DNA of 64,000 bases from the NCBI GenBank assembly GCA_963807405.1, contig CAWEBU010000006.1, positions 1,511,733 to 1,575,732 on the forward strand, read 5' to 3'. The notes beneath the pieces were generated by a model. That model was not told the DNA's origin. It made no database searches and saw only the letters and a list, made by a program, of their open reading frames with translations. Position 1 is the first letter of the stretch; every line of letters starts with the position of its first letter. A program made the translations under genes and the position numbers. Positions 62,917-64,000 of the stretch are shown here, piece after piece. Source of the DNA: an uncultured Acidobacteriota bacterium. GTDB lineage: Bacteria > Acidobacteriota > Vicinamibacteria > Vicinamibacterales > UBA2999.

Positions 62917-64000
62917 AGGTCCTGTATTCGTGGCTCAAGGAGTTCGTCGACGTGCCGGATGGCCCGGCCGAACTCGGACGTCGTCTGTCGCTGCGCGGGC
63001 TGGCGCTCGAAGGCCTGGAACCAGCGCCGCCGGGTGACGAACCGCCCGGGCAGCCTGCCGTCGCCGACGACGCCGTGCTCGACTTCGACGTCACCGCCAA
63101 CCGCCCGGACTGCATGTCGATTGTCGGCATCGCGCGCGAGGTCGCGGCCGTCTATTCCCTGCCGCTCCGCCTGCCAACCCCTGACGCGTCAGGTCATCTG
63201 AGCCTGGCCGCGCTCACGGCCGTCGACCGTGGCACGTTCAGCGTGGCGCTCGACGCGCCGGAGCTGTGTCCGCGCTACGTCGGCGCGGCCGCGACGGTGA
63301 CGGTCGGTCCCTCGCCCGCCTGGATGCAGCGACGCCTGCTGGCCCTCGGCGTGCGCCCGATCAGCAACGTCGTCGACATCACCAACTACGTGCTGCTCGA
63401 GCTCGGGCAGCCGATGCACGCCTTCGACCACGCGCGCCTGGCCGGCAACGCCATCGTCGTGCGCCCGGCCCACGCCGGCGAGACCCTGACCACGCTCGAC
63501 GGCAAGACGCGCACGCTGACACCGGCGATGCTGGTCATCGCCGACGGCGAGCGCGCCGCCGCCATCGGCGGCGTCATGGGCGGCCTCGAGTCCGAGGTGC
63601 GGGCCGACAGCACGCGGATCGTCTTCGAGAGCGCGTGGTTCAAGCCGGGCTCGGTGCGCGCCACCAGCAAGGCGCTCGGCCTGCGCTCCGAAGCCTCGAT
63701 GCGCTTCGAACGCGGGGCCGACCCGGCGGGCGCGGCTGCCGGCATGGCCCGCGCCTGCGCCCTGCTCGAGTTCATCGGCGCCGGCACGGCCGACGGCACC
63801 ATGGTGGACGCGCAGGCGCGGCCGGTGCCGAGCCGCGTCGTGGCCCTGACCCACGCCCACGTCGAAGGCCTGCTCGGCATGCCGGTGTCGCCCGACGAGG
63901 TCGAACGCATTCTCGCCGCGCTCGGTTTCACGACGCAGGCCGAGGCGGGCGGCGATGCCTGGCGCGTGACGGTGCCGGGCTGGCGGCCCGACGTGACGCG
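62913..64000 (+). CDS. pheT: Phenylalanine-tRNA ligase beta subunit (5' part, continues beyond window)
   Basis: ATG 62913 forms an ATGA overlap with the pheS stop. My hand translation MKVLYSWLKEFVDVPDGPAELGRRLSLRGLALEG...DFDVTANRPDCMSIVGIAREVAA...NYVLLELGQPMHAFD stays open to position 64000. It is absent from the track because no stop lies in the window. Confidence 0.9.

Overview
This is a 64-kb, very GC-rich bacterial chromosomal segment (GC judged by eye, not computed). An ADOP-type orphan permease, a type III glutamine synthetase and many secreted peptidases suggest an Acidobacteria-like organism, but that is inference only. I can support about 60 protein-coding genes and one tRNA, and almost all are housekeeping. 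They include the thrS-infC-rpmI-rplT-pheS-pheT cluster preceded by tRNA-Val; xseA-xseB-ispA-tlyA-nadK; gatCA; and a dnaK/hsp20 heat-shock locus. Also present are an RND efflux operon (MFP-RND-TolC), lpxB and lpxD, acnA, queG, type III GS, an osmoprotectant-type ABC system, and many secreted or lipoprotein hydrolases (S9, M16 x2, M20, M23, S41, M49, matrixin, SGNH, class-A beta-lactamase-like, S1/P1-like). I found no CRISPR array, integrase, transposase, recognisable defence system or biosynthetic cluster, so I cannot point to a convincing new multi-gene system. The observations most worth a second look are these. (1) Thirteen single-base insertions, all in the same direction, interrupt eleven conserved genes, several of them essential; acnA carries three. 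They are most likely consensus errors, but the pattern is striking. (2) A roughly 230-bp element with 43-bp near-perfect terminal inverted repeats lies between acnA and queG. (3) An unusually long, highly structured 190-nt spacer separates rpmI and rplT, with mutually exclusive helices next to the rplT ribosome-binding site. (4) A CTAG-rich motif (GGCTAGGGGCT) recurs in several intergenic spacers. (5) A translationally coupled trio encodes a secreted protein, a cysteine-free matrixin and a putative beta-barrel. (6) infC appears to use a non-canonical ATC start. The long ORFs antisense to real genes are treated as GC-driven artefacts.
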